DNA from: Betaproteobacteria bacterium
GTDB lineage: Bacteria; Pseudomonadota; Gammaproteobacteria; Burkholderiales; Burkholderiaceae_E
Length of the DNA stretch: 64,000 nucleotides
Assembly: GCA_043767985.1 (NCBI GenBank)
Contig: JAYVKZ010000324.1
Coordinates: 17,083-81,082, forward strand
Direction: 5' to 3'
Shown here: positions 1 through 9,452 of the stretch, piece after piece
How positions within the stretch are numbered: the stretch's first letter is position 1
How the letters are laid out: each line of letters starts with the position of its first letter
Translations under genes and position numbers: made by a program
Notes under the pieces: model-generated
Seen by the model: only the letters and a program-made list of their open reading frames with translations
Database searches by the model: none
Told to the model about the DNA's origin: nothing

Positions 1-2750
1 CCGCCCGTACGAATGAAACGATTCTGCAAGTGGCCAAGCGCGAAGGCTTTGACATTCCTCATCTGTGCTTCAAAGACGGCATGGAGGCCGTGGGCAATTG
101 CCGTGCCTGCATGGTGGAGATCAATGGCGAGCGTGTTTTAGCACCGTCTTGCTGCCGGGCGCCGACGCAAGGCATGAAGGTCACGACCAACAGTGTGCGC
201 GCTGTGGCCTCGCAAAAAATGGTGCTCGAACTCTTGCTCTCCGACATGCCGGAGACCGACTACACACGCAATAACGAAGTCGACCAGTGGGCTGCGAAAA
301 TCGGTGTGAGTAAACCCAGGTTCGAAGTGCGCGCTAAAGTTCGACAAGATCTCTCCCACCCCGCTATCGCTGTCAACCTGGATGCCTGTATCCAATGCAC
401 GCGCTGTCAGCGTGCCTGCCGCGACGAACAAGTCAACGATGTGATTGGTCTGGCCTTCCGTGGCGATCACGCAAAGATCGTCTTCGACATGGACGACCCG
501 ATGGGCGCCTCAAGTTGCGTGGCCTGTGGCGAGTGCGTACAAGCTTGCCCCACCGGTGCGCTCATGCCCGCGCGCGACGTCGCGATGACGGTGCCTGACA
601 AACAAGTCGAATCCGTATGCCCCTATTGCGGGGTAGGTTGCCAGCTCACCTACAACGTTAAAGACAATAAGATTTTGTTCGTTGAAGGCCGTGACGGCCC
701 TGCCAATCAAAGTCGTCTGTGCGTCAAGGGTCGCTACGGCTTTGACTATGCGCATCATCCCCATCGCCTCACCAAACCTCTGATTCGCCGCAGCGACGCG
801 CCAAAGCATGGTGACTTCACGATGGACCCAGATCGCGTCTTGGAGGTATTCCGCGAAGCCAGTTGGGAAGAAGCTCTTGAGTTCGCAGGTGGGAAGCTAA
901 AAGCCATTCGCGACCAATTTGGTAAAAAATCCTTGGCGGGTTTTGGCTCAGCCAAAGGGAGTAACGAAGAGGCCTACCTTTTCCAAAAACTGGTGCGCAC
1001 TGGTTTTGGATCGAACAACGTAGACCATTGCACTCGTTTGTGCCACGCCTCATCAGTGGTGGCCTTGCTTGAAGGTATTGGCTCAGGCGCGGTCTCTAAT
1101 CCAGTGATGGATGTGACCAAGGCCGAAGTGGCCATCATCATCGGCGCCAACCCAACTGTGAATCACCCGGTCGCAGCCACCTGGATCAAGAACGCGATGC
1201 AAGCGGGGACGAAACTCATCGTCTGCGACCCACGCCGCTCTGATCTGGCCCGCTCCGCGCACCGCTTCTTGCAGTTCAAGCCCGATACCGATGTGGCCCT
1301 ACTCAATGCCATGATGCATGTCATCGTCGCCGAAAACTTGGTGAACGCAGACTTTATCGCCAGCCGCACCATTGGCTACGACGAACTCAAAGCCAATGTC
1401 GCAGCTTACAGCCCCGAATTGATGGCGCCCCTTTGCGGCATTGATGCCGACACCATCCGTTACGTCGCTAGGCTCTATGCCACTTCGAAAGCCTCAATGA
1501 TCCTGTGGGGTATGGGCGTCTCGCAGCATGTGCACGGCACCGACAATGCGCGCTGCCTGATTGCCTTGTCGCTTATGACTGGACAGATCGGTCGCCCCGG
1601 CACAGGTTTGCATCCGCTACGCGGACAGAACAATGTGCAAGGCGCCTCCGATGCTGGACTCATCCCGATGATGTATCCCGATTACCAACACGTGACGCAA
1701 GCCGCGTCACGGGCCAAGTTTGAAAAGGCCTGGTCACTTCCTGCGGGCACACTCGATGACCAACCCGGACTCACCGTCGTGGAGGTGATGCATGCCATTA
1801 AGAAGGGCGAGATTCGCGGCATGTATGTAATGGGTGAGAACCCCGCCATGTCCGACCCTGATGCCAACCATGCCCGAGAGTCTTTGGCGGCCTTGGATCA
1901 TTTAGTCGTGCAAGATATTTTCTTAACCGAGACTTGCTACCTCGCCGACGTGATCCTACCCGCCAGTGCCTTCCCCGAGAAAACCGGTAGCTTCACCAAC
2001 ACCGATCGCCTGGTACAGATGGGCCGTCAAGCCATCGACCCACCCGGCGATGCCAAGCAAGACCTGTGGATCATTCAGCAACTCGCGGCGAAGCTGGGTT
2101 TAAGTTGGAACTACCAACATGTCAGCGAAGTATTCGACGAGATGCGCCGCACCATGCCCAATATCGCGGGTATTACTTGGGACCGTCTTGAGCGTGAACA
2201 CGCCGTGACCTATCCTTGCAAAGAGGAAGGTGACCCCGGGCAATCGGTGGTTTTTGCGGAGGATTTCCCCAGAGAAAGCGGACGCGCGAAATTTGTGCCT
2301 GCCGACATTATTCCGGCCGATGAGCGGCCTGACGCGGAGTACCCCATGGTACTGATCACCGGGCGGCAGCTTGAGCACTGGCATACCGGAAGCATGACAC
2401 GACGCGCAACCGTATTGGACGCGCTTGAGCCTGATCCGATTGCGCTGGTACATCCTCTCGATCTTGCTGATATGGGTGGCAAACCCGGCGAGGTGATGAC
2501 CATCGCCTCACGTCGGGGCACGGTTTCTTTATATGCCCGAGCCGATGACAGCTCACCGCGCGGCGCAATCTTTGTGCCGTTCTGCTACTACGAAGCTGCC
2601 ATCAACAAACTCACCAATGCAGCCTTGGATCCGTTTGCGAAGATTCCGGAGTTTAAGTACTGTGCGATTCAGGCCAAGATGGGTGGGGAAGTGACAGGGG
2701 CTAGTAGTTATGGTGGAGGATTGGCAATGGATAAGCTCAGCAATAACTAG
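1..2750 (+). CDS. fdsA: NAD-linked formate dehydrogenase alpha subunit (2Fe-2S/4Fe-4S/molybdopterin); 5' end lies outside the window
   Basis: The frame is open to the window edge (in-frame ...ETILQVAKREGFDIPHLC precedes the GTG at 30). Cys clusters CRACMVE, CIQCTRCQRAC, CVACGECVQACP and CPYCGVGC are followed by a molybdopterin-oxidoreductase core. The active-site region HCTRLCHASS has Cys, not Sec. Confidence 0.9.
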   Translation, partial: ARTNETILQVAKREGFDIPHLCFKDGMEAVGNCRACMVEINGERVLAPSCCRAPTQGMKVTTNSVRAVASQKMVLELLLSDMPETDYTRNNEVDQWAAKIGVSKPRFEVRAKVRQDLSHPAIAVNLDACIQCTRCQRACRDEQVNDVIGLAFRGDHAKIVFDMDDPMGASSCVACGECVQACPTGALMPARDVAMTVPDKQVESVCPYCGVGCQLTYNVKDNKILFVEGRDGPANQSRLCVKGRYGFDYAHHPHRLTKPLIRRSDAPKHGDFTMDPDRVLEVFREASWEEALEFAGGKLKAIRDQFGKKSLAGFGSAKGSNEEAYLFQKLVRTGFGSNNVDHCTRLCHASSVVALLEGIGSGAVSNPVMDVTKAEVAIIIGANPTVNHPVAATWIKNAMQAGTKLIVCDPRRSDLARSAHRFLQFKPDTDVALLNAMMHVIVAENLVNADFIASRTIGYDELKANVAAYSPELMAPLCGIDADTIRYVARLYATSKASMILWGMGVSQHVHGTDNARCLIALSLMTGQIGRPGTGLHPLRGQNNVQGASDAGLIPMMYPDYQHVTQAASRAKFEKAWSLPAGTLDDQPGLTVVEVMHAIKKGEIRGMYVMGENPAMSDPDANHARESLAALDHLVVQDIFLTETCYLADVILPASAFPEKTGSFTNTDRLVQMGRQAIDPPGDAKQDLWIIQQLAAKLGLSWNYQHVSEVFDEMRRTMPNIAGITWDRLEREHAVTYPCKEEGDPGQSVVFAEDFPRESGRAKFVPADIIPADERPDAEYPMVLITGRQLEHWHTGSMTRRATVLDALEPDPIALVHPLDLADMGGKPGEVMTIASRRGTVSLYARADDSSPRGAIFVPFCYYEAAINKLTNAALDPFAKIPEFKYCAIQAKMGGEVTGASSYGGGLAMDKLSNN

Positions 2751-2775
2751 GTGCAACTATCCGTAGGTTGACTTG

Positions 2776-3210
2776 CTACAGATTCGGGCCACACAAGCGC
2801 AGGCCCATATCACCCGCAGCCTTGTTGAGCTGTTTATCAAAACAGCAAAATGCAAAAGAGTTGCCGATCTGTTGAAAGCCTCGACTCGCGCTAGCGAGTT
2901 GCACACTATCATAGGCCCGTAGACCAAAACGAAGGGCCAATTCAGCCGCCTCATGAAGAATGCTCATGTCAATGGCCATACGCGTAAACATGGGCCACTC
3001 GCGTGTCAATCGCTTAAGCGCTGAGCGTTGTTCAGCTGGCGTAATTTCCTCATTTCGACGTTTCATACCAAACGCGGCGTTGGCCTCAACCCAGGCCATT
3101 TGACTGACGACACAGCTACTTGCAAGCGTGACTTGCTCGCGGACCCACTCGCTATGTTGCTCCTGTGCATAGAGCTTCACTAAGGCGGACGTGTCGCAAT
3201 AAAGAATCAC
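2776..3210 (-). CDS. vapC: PIN-domain toxin (VapC family)
   Basis: The N-terminus MILYCDTSALVKLY carries the PIN acidic residue. Size is 144 aa. There is a 4-nt overlap with the upstream antitoxin gene. Confidence 0.85.
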   Translation of the reverse strand: MILYCDTSALVKLYAQEQHSEWVREQVTLASSCVVSQMAWVEANAAFGMKRRNEEITPAEQRSALKRLTREWPMFTRMAIDMSILHEAAELALRFGLRAYDSVQLASASRGFQQIGNSFAFCCFDKQLNKAAGDMGLRLCGPNL

Positions 3211-3512
3211 CCTGGGCCTCGCATCTCGCTGACGAGATCGCTCATGGATTGCCCTTTTGACGCCTTGCTCAACTTGACAGCCCGCCCAAGCTTGAGCGGA
3301 ATCAGAGCAGGTTCGGCCAGGCCTGAAGCAATTAATCGCTTCAAAGCCTTAGCATCGTTTGGCTCGTTCATTCCGCGCGTCGTTGATGGCCTGACGATCT
3401 CAGCCACAACTTTCCGGTGAGAGGTAATTTCGACTAATTCGCCCTTCTGGGCAAGCTCAATCGCATGGGCTGGATTGGCCTTTAGCTCTCGGATGGAAAC
3501 TTGCATTGACAA
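3207..3512 (-). CDS. Phd/YefM-type antitoxin
   Basis: The N-terminus MSMQVSIRELKANPAHAIELAQKGELVEITSHRKVVAEIV is Phd/YefM-like. Size is 101 aa. The gene is translationally coupled to the PIN toxin. Confidence 0.8.
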   Translation of the reverse strand: MSMQVSIRELKANPAHAIELAQKGELVEITSHRKVVAEIVRPSTTRGMNEPNDAKALKRLIASGLAEPALIPLKLGRAVKLSKASKGQSMSDLVSEMRGPG

Positions 3513-3728
3513 ATCCTTCGCTTGATCATAGTGAGGTCACATAATACTACGAACAAAATAATTGTGGTCACATATTGGGTGTAAAGCCTTTCAGTTAAGT
3601 ATAGTGTTCCGACTACGATCCGACCAAATTGAGCATTTGCCATGAACAATTTATGGAAAGCTCCATTCGTCCAAATTCTTCGAGAGGGTACAGTCCATCT
3701 CCCTTCCTCACGTCTTCTTGAATCCCTC

Positions 3729-5459
3729 ATGTCTAGCCCGATCAGCCACAGCACTGCTCATTATTTTTTGGAAGGATTGGCCGAGCTGGGAATTGACTAT
3801 GTTTTCGCCAATCTCGGCACCGACCACGTCTCTCTTATAGAAGAACTCGCCAAGTGGGATCAGGAGGGCCGCCCTCATCCTGAATTTATCCTATGCCCGC
3901 ACGAAAATGTCGCCATGCACATGGCCGCAGGGTTTGCCGCCATCACTGGTCGCGGCCAGGCTGTCATGGTGCATGTGGACGCGGGCACGGCCAACTCGGC
4001 GATGGGCATGCACAATATGTTCCGAGCGCGCCTACCGGTCATGCTGATCGCGGGTAAGGCACCCTTCACCATGCGTGGTGAGTTGGCTGGCTCGCGCGAC
4101 AACTATGTACATTTCGTACAGGACCCTTTCGATATCGCGAGCCTGGTTCGCCCCTATGTGAAGTGGGAATACTCCCTACCGAGCGGAGTGATTGCCAAAG
4201 AAGTATTACGGCGCGGACATTCTGTGATGCAAAGCGATCCGCCAGGGCCGGTGTACCTCACTTTGCCGCGTGAGACTTTGGCGGCCGATATACCCTCGGA
4301 TCAGGTGCGAGCCTTTAGCGCAGAACGCTACGGCGCCGTTCTTGCTGGAGGCATCGATGAAACTCGAATAGCTGCAATCGCGAAAGCCATCATGAGCGCG
4401 CGCGAGCCGGTAGCAATCACCGCCTACTTAGGCCGCAAAGCCGAGGCAGTAGCCGCCCTTGAAGACTTGGCTATGCTTTGTGGCATTCGAGTATTTGAGT
4501 TCAGTCCAAGTTATCTGAGCGTACCTCGCAACTCGCCATGCTTCGGCGGCTTCGATCCGGCCAAGGCCATGGCGAGCGCAGACTTAGGCTTGCTACTGGA
4601 TGTTGATGTGCCTTGGCTACCCAAGTTGGTTCAAGAAAGCGCTGCAACCCGCTGGATACATGTTGATGTGGATCCGATTAAGAAGGATTTTCCGATGTGG
4701 GGGTTTGCTTCGGACCTAAGAGTTCAGGCGGATTGCGCGGTGGTCCTTCAGCAAGTGGCGGCCTGGATTCGTGCGCAGGCTGATGCTGGCTTCCAAAGCC
4801 AAGTCGCTGCGCGCGTCACCGCGTGGAGTGAAGCCAATCGCCACCGCAATGAGCTTGTCGCCAAGGCCGCTAAAGATCCCGGTAAACCAGGGGCAATTTC
4901 CACCGCCTTTTTGTGCGCTGCACTGGGTGAGGCCATCGCGTCAGATGATATTGTGATCAACGAGGCGATTCGCAATTCACCGGCCGTACTGAACCAGATT
5001 CCTCGTGTGCGAGCCTTGAGCCTCATCGGTGGTGCCGGTGGTGGTCTTGGTTACAGCGGCGGCATGGCCTTAGGTGCGAAGTTGGCGAAACCCGAAGTGA
5101 GGGTGGTTCAAATTGTTGGAGACGGCGGTTTTCATTTCTCGACCCCTACCTCGGTATACGCGACGGCGCAACGCTATCAGCTTCCCATCTTCACTGTCAT
5201 TCTCGATAACGGCGGCTGGCAGGCAGTGAAGGAGGCTGTGCTGAGGGTTTATCCGGACGGCTCGGCCGCGCAGACCAACGAGTTTCAGGCACGTCTACAA
5301 GGTCAGACACGACACTTCGAAAAAGTAGGCGAAGCTTTTGGCGCTTACGGTGAATGTGTCAGCGAGCCTAGTGAGGTACGTGCAGCCATTGCCCGTTGCC
5401 TCAAGGCTATTGACGCAGGTCAAGCGGCCGTGCTTAATGTGCAGATCGGCTTGCAATAA
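3729..5459 (+). CDS. Thiamine-pyrophosphate-dependent enzyme (acetolactate synthase large-subunit-like)
   Basis: N-terminal TPP-pyrimidine domain (YFLEGLAELGIDYVFANLGTDH) and C-terminal TPP-binding GDGGF...LDNGGW motif. The ORF is open from 3642, but homology starts at the Met at 3729. Confidence 0.85.
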   Translation: MSSPISHSTAHYFLEGLAELGIDYVFANLGTDHVSLIEELAKWDQEGRPHPEFILCPHENVAMHMAAGFAAITGRGQAVMVHVDAGTANSAMGMHNMFRARLPVMLIAGKAPFTMRGELAGSRDNYVHFVQDPFDIASLVRPYVKWEYSLPSGVIAKEVLRRGHSVMQSDPPGPVYLTLPRETLAADIPSDQVRAFSAERYGAVLAGGIDETRIAAIAKAIMSAREPVAITAYLGRKAEAVAALEDLAMLCGIRVFEFSPSYLSVPRNSPCFGGFDPAKAMASADLGLLLDVDVPWLPKLVQESAATRWIHVDVDPIKKDFPMWGFASDLRVQADCAVVLQQVAAWIRAQADAGFQSQVAARVTAWSEANRHRNELVAKAAKDPGKPGAISTAFLCAALGEAIASDDIVINEAIRNSPAVLNQIPRVRALSLIGGAGGGLGYSGGMALGAKLAKPEVRVVQIVGDGGFHFSTPTSVYATAQRYQLPIFTVILDNGGWQAVKEAVLRVYPDGSAAQTNEFQARLQGQTRHFEKVGEAFGAYGECVSEPSEVRAAIARCLKAIDAGQAAVLNVQIGLQ

Positions 5460-5541
5460 GTACGGCTCCTATAAGTACCGCCCAGATAGGTGCGCAAGCC
5501 ACTTCCTTAAAATATGAATATCAAACACTAAAGAGAATTCC

Positions 5542-6516
5542 ATGTTGATCGACCGTCTCACTGGCTTTGTAGCCGCTACATTTAGCCTCGTCGTTGCCAC
5601 CCTGTTTCCGTTAGGTTCGATGGCCGCAGATTTTCCGACACGCCAAATTACCATCGTGGTCGGCTACTCCCCAGGTGGGGCCAATGACTTGCTCGCTCGC
5701 ATCGTCGCTGAGAAACTCACGACCACACTAGGTCAACCCGTCGTCGTCGAAAATCGCCCGAGTGTTGCATCGATTGTCGGAGCCGCCTATGTGGCGAAGG
5801 CCAAACCCGATGGCTATACCTTGCTGATGGGTGCTAGCGGCCCGATCGTTTTTAATCATTCGCTCTATACCAAGCTGCCCTACGGGCCGCAAGATTTTGC
5901 GCCGATTAGCTTGATCGGCACCTTCCCGATGGTGCTACTTACCCAAGCCAACAATCCTGCGAAGACGGTTCAAGAGCTGGTGAACTATTCCAAGGCCAAC
6001 CCTGACAAATCCAACTACAGTGCCAGTGCCGCGTCGTTTCAATTGATCACCGAATTATTCAACAACAAAACCGGTGCTCGTTTTGCGCATGTACCGTACA
6101 AAGGCAGCAATGATGCGATTACGGCGGTGATGGCCAACGATGTCACCATGAGCTTGGTCGACACCGGCCCAGCATCCCGTGCACTACAAGGCGGGCGCGT
6201 GAAGGCCTTGGCCATCACCTCAAGCGAAAGACTGCCGGAGATGGCGAGCATCCCCACCATGAGTGAGCTTGGTATTGACCTGAAGGTCTCATTCTGGAGC
6301 GGCTTGCTGGCTCCCGCAGGCACACCCGCACCGATCATCAAACAATTGCAGGAAGAAGTCGCTCGGGTGCTAGCGATGCCGGAGGTCGTTAAACGCATCG
6401 CGACGCTGTCCATTACGCCCAAGGGTAATACGCCGGAAGAATTCGCGAGGTTGATCGCCATCGAGATTCCGCTTTGGAAGAAGGTTGCGCAGGACAATAA
6501 CATCAAGCCCGAGTGA
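5542..6516 (+). CDS. Bug/TctC-family periplasmic solute-binding protein
   Basis: Signal peptide followed by FPTRQITIVVGYSPGGANDLLARIVAEKL, ...VENRPS..., PDGYTLLM and HVPYKGS, all Bug-family hallmarks. Confidence 0.9.
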   Translation: MLIDRLTGFVAATFSLVVATLFPLGSMAADFPTRQITIVVGYSPGGANDLLARIVAEKLTTTLGQPVVVENRPSVASIVGAAYVAKAKPDGYTLLMGASGPIVFNHSLYTKLPYGPQDFAPISLIGTFPMVLLTQANNPAKTVQELVNYSKANPDKSNYSASAASFQLITELFNNKTGARFAHVPYKGSNDAITAVMANDVTMSLVDTGPASRALQGGRVKALAITSSERLPEMASIPTMSELGIDLKVSFWSGLLAPAGTPAPIIKQLQEEVARVLAMPEVVKRIATLSITPKGNTPEEFARLIAIEIPLWKKVAQDNNIKPE

Positions 6517-6538
6517 AATAGCCTCTCTAGGAAAAATC

Positions 6539-7360
6539 ATGAACGCACGCATTGACCCCACCCTTGATCTCAGCGCACCACGCACAGAGGCAGTACGCGC
6601 CCAGGTGAGTGAGGCCGAGTGGCAAACCCGCGTCAACCTCGCCGCCTGTTATCGCTTAGCGGCGAAGTATGGCTGGACCGATCTCATCTACACTCATATT
6701 TCAGCCCGTGTACCAGGCCCAGAAGAGCATTTTCTGCTCAACCCTTTCGGCTATATGTTTGACGAGGTGTGCGCTTCCAACTTGGTCAAGGTCGATCTTG
6801 ATGGACATCTGATCGGCGACACACCTCACTTTATTCATCGCGCCGGTTTCATTATTCACAGCGCGATTCATGCGGCCCGGCCCGATGCCGAATGCGTGAT
6901 TCATGCACACACCCGTGCCGGTATGGCGGTGTCCATCATGAAATGCGGCCTCTTGCCGCTCACCCAACATGCCATGCTTTTTCACGGTCGAGTGGCTTAT
7001 CACGACAGTGAGGGCTTCGCCCAACAAACAGAGGAGCGGGCCAGACTAGCCTCAGATTTGGGTGACAAGCCGGTGATGATCTTGCGCAATCATGGCACCT
7101 TGGTGGCGGGGCGCAGCGTGCCTGAGGCCTTCAGCATGATGTGGCATTTGGAGTTGGCGATGCAGGCTCAAGTGGATGCACTAGCCGTCAGCAATGATCC
7201 CAATCTTCCGGGCGAGGGTGTCGCTGCAGCTATTGTGAAGCGTGCTTTCACCGGTAAACCGTTAAGCGAGTACAAGCCTGGCGACTCTCCGCTTGGACGA
7301 CTCGAATGGCCTGCCTTGCTGCGGATGTTGGATCGTAGTGATAAATCCTATCGCCTATAG
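6539..7360 (+). CDS. Class II aldolase/adducin-family protein
   Basis: Contains LIYTHISARVPG, FIIHSAIHAARPDAECVIHAHT and LRNHGTLVAG. The ORF is open from 6485; the ATG at 6539 is the plausible start. Confidence 0.85.
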   Translation: MNARIDPTLDLSAPRTEAVRAQVSEAEWQTRVNLAACYRLAAKYGWTDLIYTHISARVPGPEEHFLLNPFGYMFDEVCASNLVKVDLDGHLIGDTPHFIHRAGFIIHSAIHAARPDAECVIHAHTRAGMAVSIMKCGLLPLTQHAMLFHGRVAYHDSEGFAQQTEERARLASDLGDKPVMILRNHGTLVAGRSVPEAFSMMWHLELAMQAQVDALAVSNDPNLPGEGVAAAIVKRAFTGKPLSEYKPGDSPLGRLEWPALLRMLDRSDKSYRL

Positions 7361-7457
7361 AAAAACACTAGAAGCATCGAAGCGACATATTTCTCTTGAT
7401 GACTTGTATAACAAATTGTGATACGTTAGGTCAGAGCATGCTTTACCGAGGCCACTT

Positions 7458-7706
7458 ATGAGTCGAAAATCTCTATCGACAACAGCTAGGGAGGCAGTTC
7501 ATAACTTCTCTCACTACGCGGCGCTCGCCGAGGCGGGAACTGAAGTCATCATTACTCGGCGCGGTCGGGCGTCGTTACGGCTAATGCTCGCGGAAGCGAC
7601 CGTCCAAGGGCAGGACAAGGCTGCCATCATTGAGCGCGCGCTTGCGGTTCGATCAAACAAACCGTTTCAAGGTAAGTTTGATCGCCGCGAGGCCTATGAT
7701 CAATGA
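7458..7706 (+). CDS. Type II antitoxin (Phd/YefM-like), partner of the downstream PIN toxin
   Basis: 82-aa ORF that overlaps the PIN gene by 4 nt. Contains ...HNFSHYAALAEAGTEVIITRRGRASLRLM. Confidence 0.7.
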   Translation: MSRKSLSTTAREAVHNFSHYAALAEAGTEVIITRRGRASLRLMLAEATVQGQDKAAIIERALAVRSNKPFQGKFDRREAYDQ

Positions 7707-8104
7707 ATTCGCTCGATACAAATGTTCTGGTTTACGCGGGCAGTGAGTTGGATGGCCCTAAAGAAACTGCAGCGAAGTTGTTACTTTCCGAAGCCTTACA
7801 CGGAAGCTGGCCCATTGCCGCTCAGGTGTACGGTGAGTTTTATTCGGTGATGACCCGAAAAAATTACATGAGCAGAATCGATGCCCGCGCTGCGATCCAA
7901 ACTTATTTGGAGCTGATGCCAGCCTTGCCTTCCTCCTTAACAGCGCACGCAGCCGCACTAAAGCTTGCTACCGAGCGGCAGATACAATATTGGGACGCAC
8001 TCATTATTGCTGTATGCGCAGAAAACGGCGTCAAGAAGCTTTACTCAGAAGATTTACCTGGCTCCAGCAAACCACTAGGCGTACGTTGCGTTGAGCCGTG
8101 GTAA
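7703..8104 (+). CDS. vapC: PIN-domain toxin (VapC family)
   Basis: MNSLDTNVLVYA N-terminus, conserved acidic residues (YWDALI) and size of 133 aa. Confidence 0.85.
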   Translation: MNSLDTNVLVYAGSELDGPKETAAKLLLSEALHGSWPIAAQVYGEFYSVMTRKNYMSRIDARAAIQTYLELMPALPSSLTAHAAALKLATERQIQYWDALIIAVCAENGVKKLYSEDLPGSSKPLGVRCVEPW

Positions 8105-8317
8105 CGAGTCGTAAAGCGGCATCGGCTTTCCAGTTACACCCATTTACAAACAGATACTTTTGATCGGTCAACAGGGCGCAATTTAAGGGCGTTGTATAGC
8201 CATGTCCTACGAAAATGAATTGAGCGTTCAATTCAGGGCAAACCTTCTTGAAGGAGTGCACCATGCGTTTACGTAAGCAAAAAGCTCGCAAGCATCGTTA
8301 ATTTATCGCTCAACCAG

Positions 8318-8345
8318 GGGCTCCTTCGGGGGCCCTTTTCTTTTC
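8318..8345 (+). terminator. Rho-independent terminator (GGGCUCC-UUCG-GGGGCCC stem-loop plus T-rich tail)
   Basis: A 7-bp GC-rich stem with a UUCG tetraloop is followed by TTTTCTTTTC. It lies downstream of a mini-ORF in an otherwise empty 358-bp gap. Confidence 0.6.
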
Positions 8346-8462
8346 GACGCCACTGCGAACGTAGTCTTGGGACGAAGGCGATAAGGAGCAGCATAATCGG
8401 TCATAATTCAGCTTGATAAGTAGCGGCGCATGTTGACGACCGCGATGATCGAGGAGAACTGA

Positions 8463-9452
8463 ATGTCCAACGTACATAATATATGGCTTGGTGTTTCGCG
8501 TCGCGCAGCATTTCTAGCCTTTGCTCTCTGTGCAGGCATAGGCAGCGCTATGGCGGCGGACTACCCTGTGCGACCTGTGAAATGGATCGTGCCCTATCCG
8601 CCCGCGGGCACCACCGATGTGCTGGCACGCATCATCGCTCAGTGGCTGACCGAAAAGCTTGGCCAACCCTTTGTGGTTGAAAATCGCCCCGGTGCAGGTA
8701 ACAACATTGGTACCGAAGCCGCATTGAAGGCGCCTGCTGACGGTTACACCATGCTACTGGTTAACCCAGCGCACGGCATTAATGCCACTCTTTACAAGAA
8801 CCTGCCCTTCAACTTTATCCGCGACGTAGCACCAGTAGCCGGCCTCGTGCGCACTCCCAATGTGATGGGCGTTACCAATAACCTGCCGGTGAAGACTGTC
8901 GCGGAATTTATCGCTTACTGCAAGGCCAATCCCACCAAGGTCAACATGGCCTCGTCGGGCAGTGGCACCTCGACCCATCTGTCGGGTGAATTGTTCAAGG
9001 CCATGACCGGCTGCAACATGCTCCACGTGCCCTATAAAGGCGCGGGGCCTGCACTCATCGATCTGATCGGCGGGCAGGTGCAGGTGTTCTTCGATAACTT
9101 GCCTTCCTCCGCGGTGCATATCAAATCTGGCGCCATTCGTGCATTGGCCGTAACCTCGGCTGCGCGCGAGCCATCAATGCCTGCGCTACCCACGATCAGT
9201 GATACGGTGCCTGGCTACGAGGCAACCGCATGGTTTGGGATTGGTATGCCCAAAGGTGCGCCACGCGAGGCCATCGATCGTATCAACGCGGAAATTAATC
9301 GCGCTCTGGCCGACCCTAAAATGAGAGCTCGCTTAGCGGAACTGGGCGGCCTCCCGATTGCAGGCTCACCTGAAGACTTTGGCAGAGTGATCGCCGCCGA
9401 AACTGAAAAATGGGCCAAGGTGGTGACTACTTCTGGTGCGACAGTAGATTGA
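8463..9452 (+). CDS. Bug/TctC-family periplasmic solute-binding protein
   Basis: Signal peptide, YPVRPVKWIVPYPPAGTTDVLARIIAQ, VENRPGAGNNIG, ADGYTMLL and HVPYKGAGPALIDLIGGQVQV. Confidence 0.9.
   Translation: MSNVHNIWLGVSRRAAFLAFALCAGIGSAMAADYPVRPVKWIVPYPPAGTTDVLARIIAQWLTEKLGQPFVVENRPGAGNNIGTEAALKAPADGYTMLLVNPAHGINATLYKNLPFNFIRDVAPVAGLVRTPNVMGVTNNLPVKTVAEFIAYCKANPTKVNMASSGSGTSTHLSGELFKAMTGCNMLHVPYKGAGPALIDLIGGQVQVFFDNLPSSAVHIKSGAIRALAVTSAAREPSMPALPTISDTVPGYEATAWFGIGMPKGAPREAIDRINAEINRALADPKMRARLAELGGLPIAGSPEDFGRVIAAETEKWAKVVTTSGATVD

Noticed and set aside
3642-3728. N-terminal extensions in the ORF track: 3642 for the TPP enzyme, 46136-46300 for the ATPase, 24936-25073 for YeeE, 39879-40013 for the SpeE-like protein and 6485-6538 for the aldolase
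   Set aside because: The extensions overlap upstream genes or contain non-homologous Arg/Cys-rich sequence. Internal Met codons coincide with the start of family homology and, in several cases, with a Shine-Dalgarno sequence or stop-start coupling.
8031-8291. 86-aa minus-strand ORF spanning the vapC 3' end and the intergenic gap
   Set aside because: It overlaps the vapC coding sequence antisense and has no motifs. The plus-strand Shine-Dalgarno/mini-ORF/terminator arrangement explains the region better.
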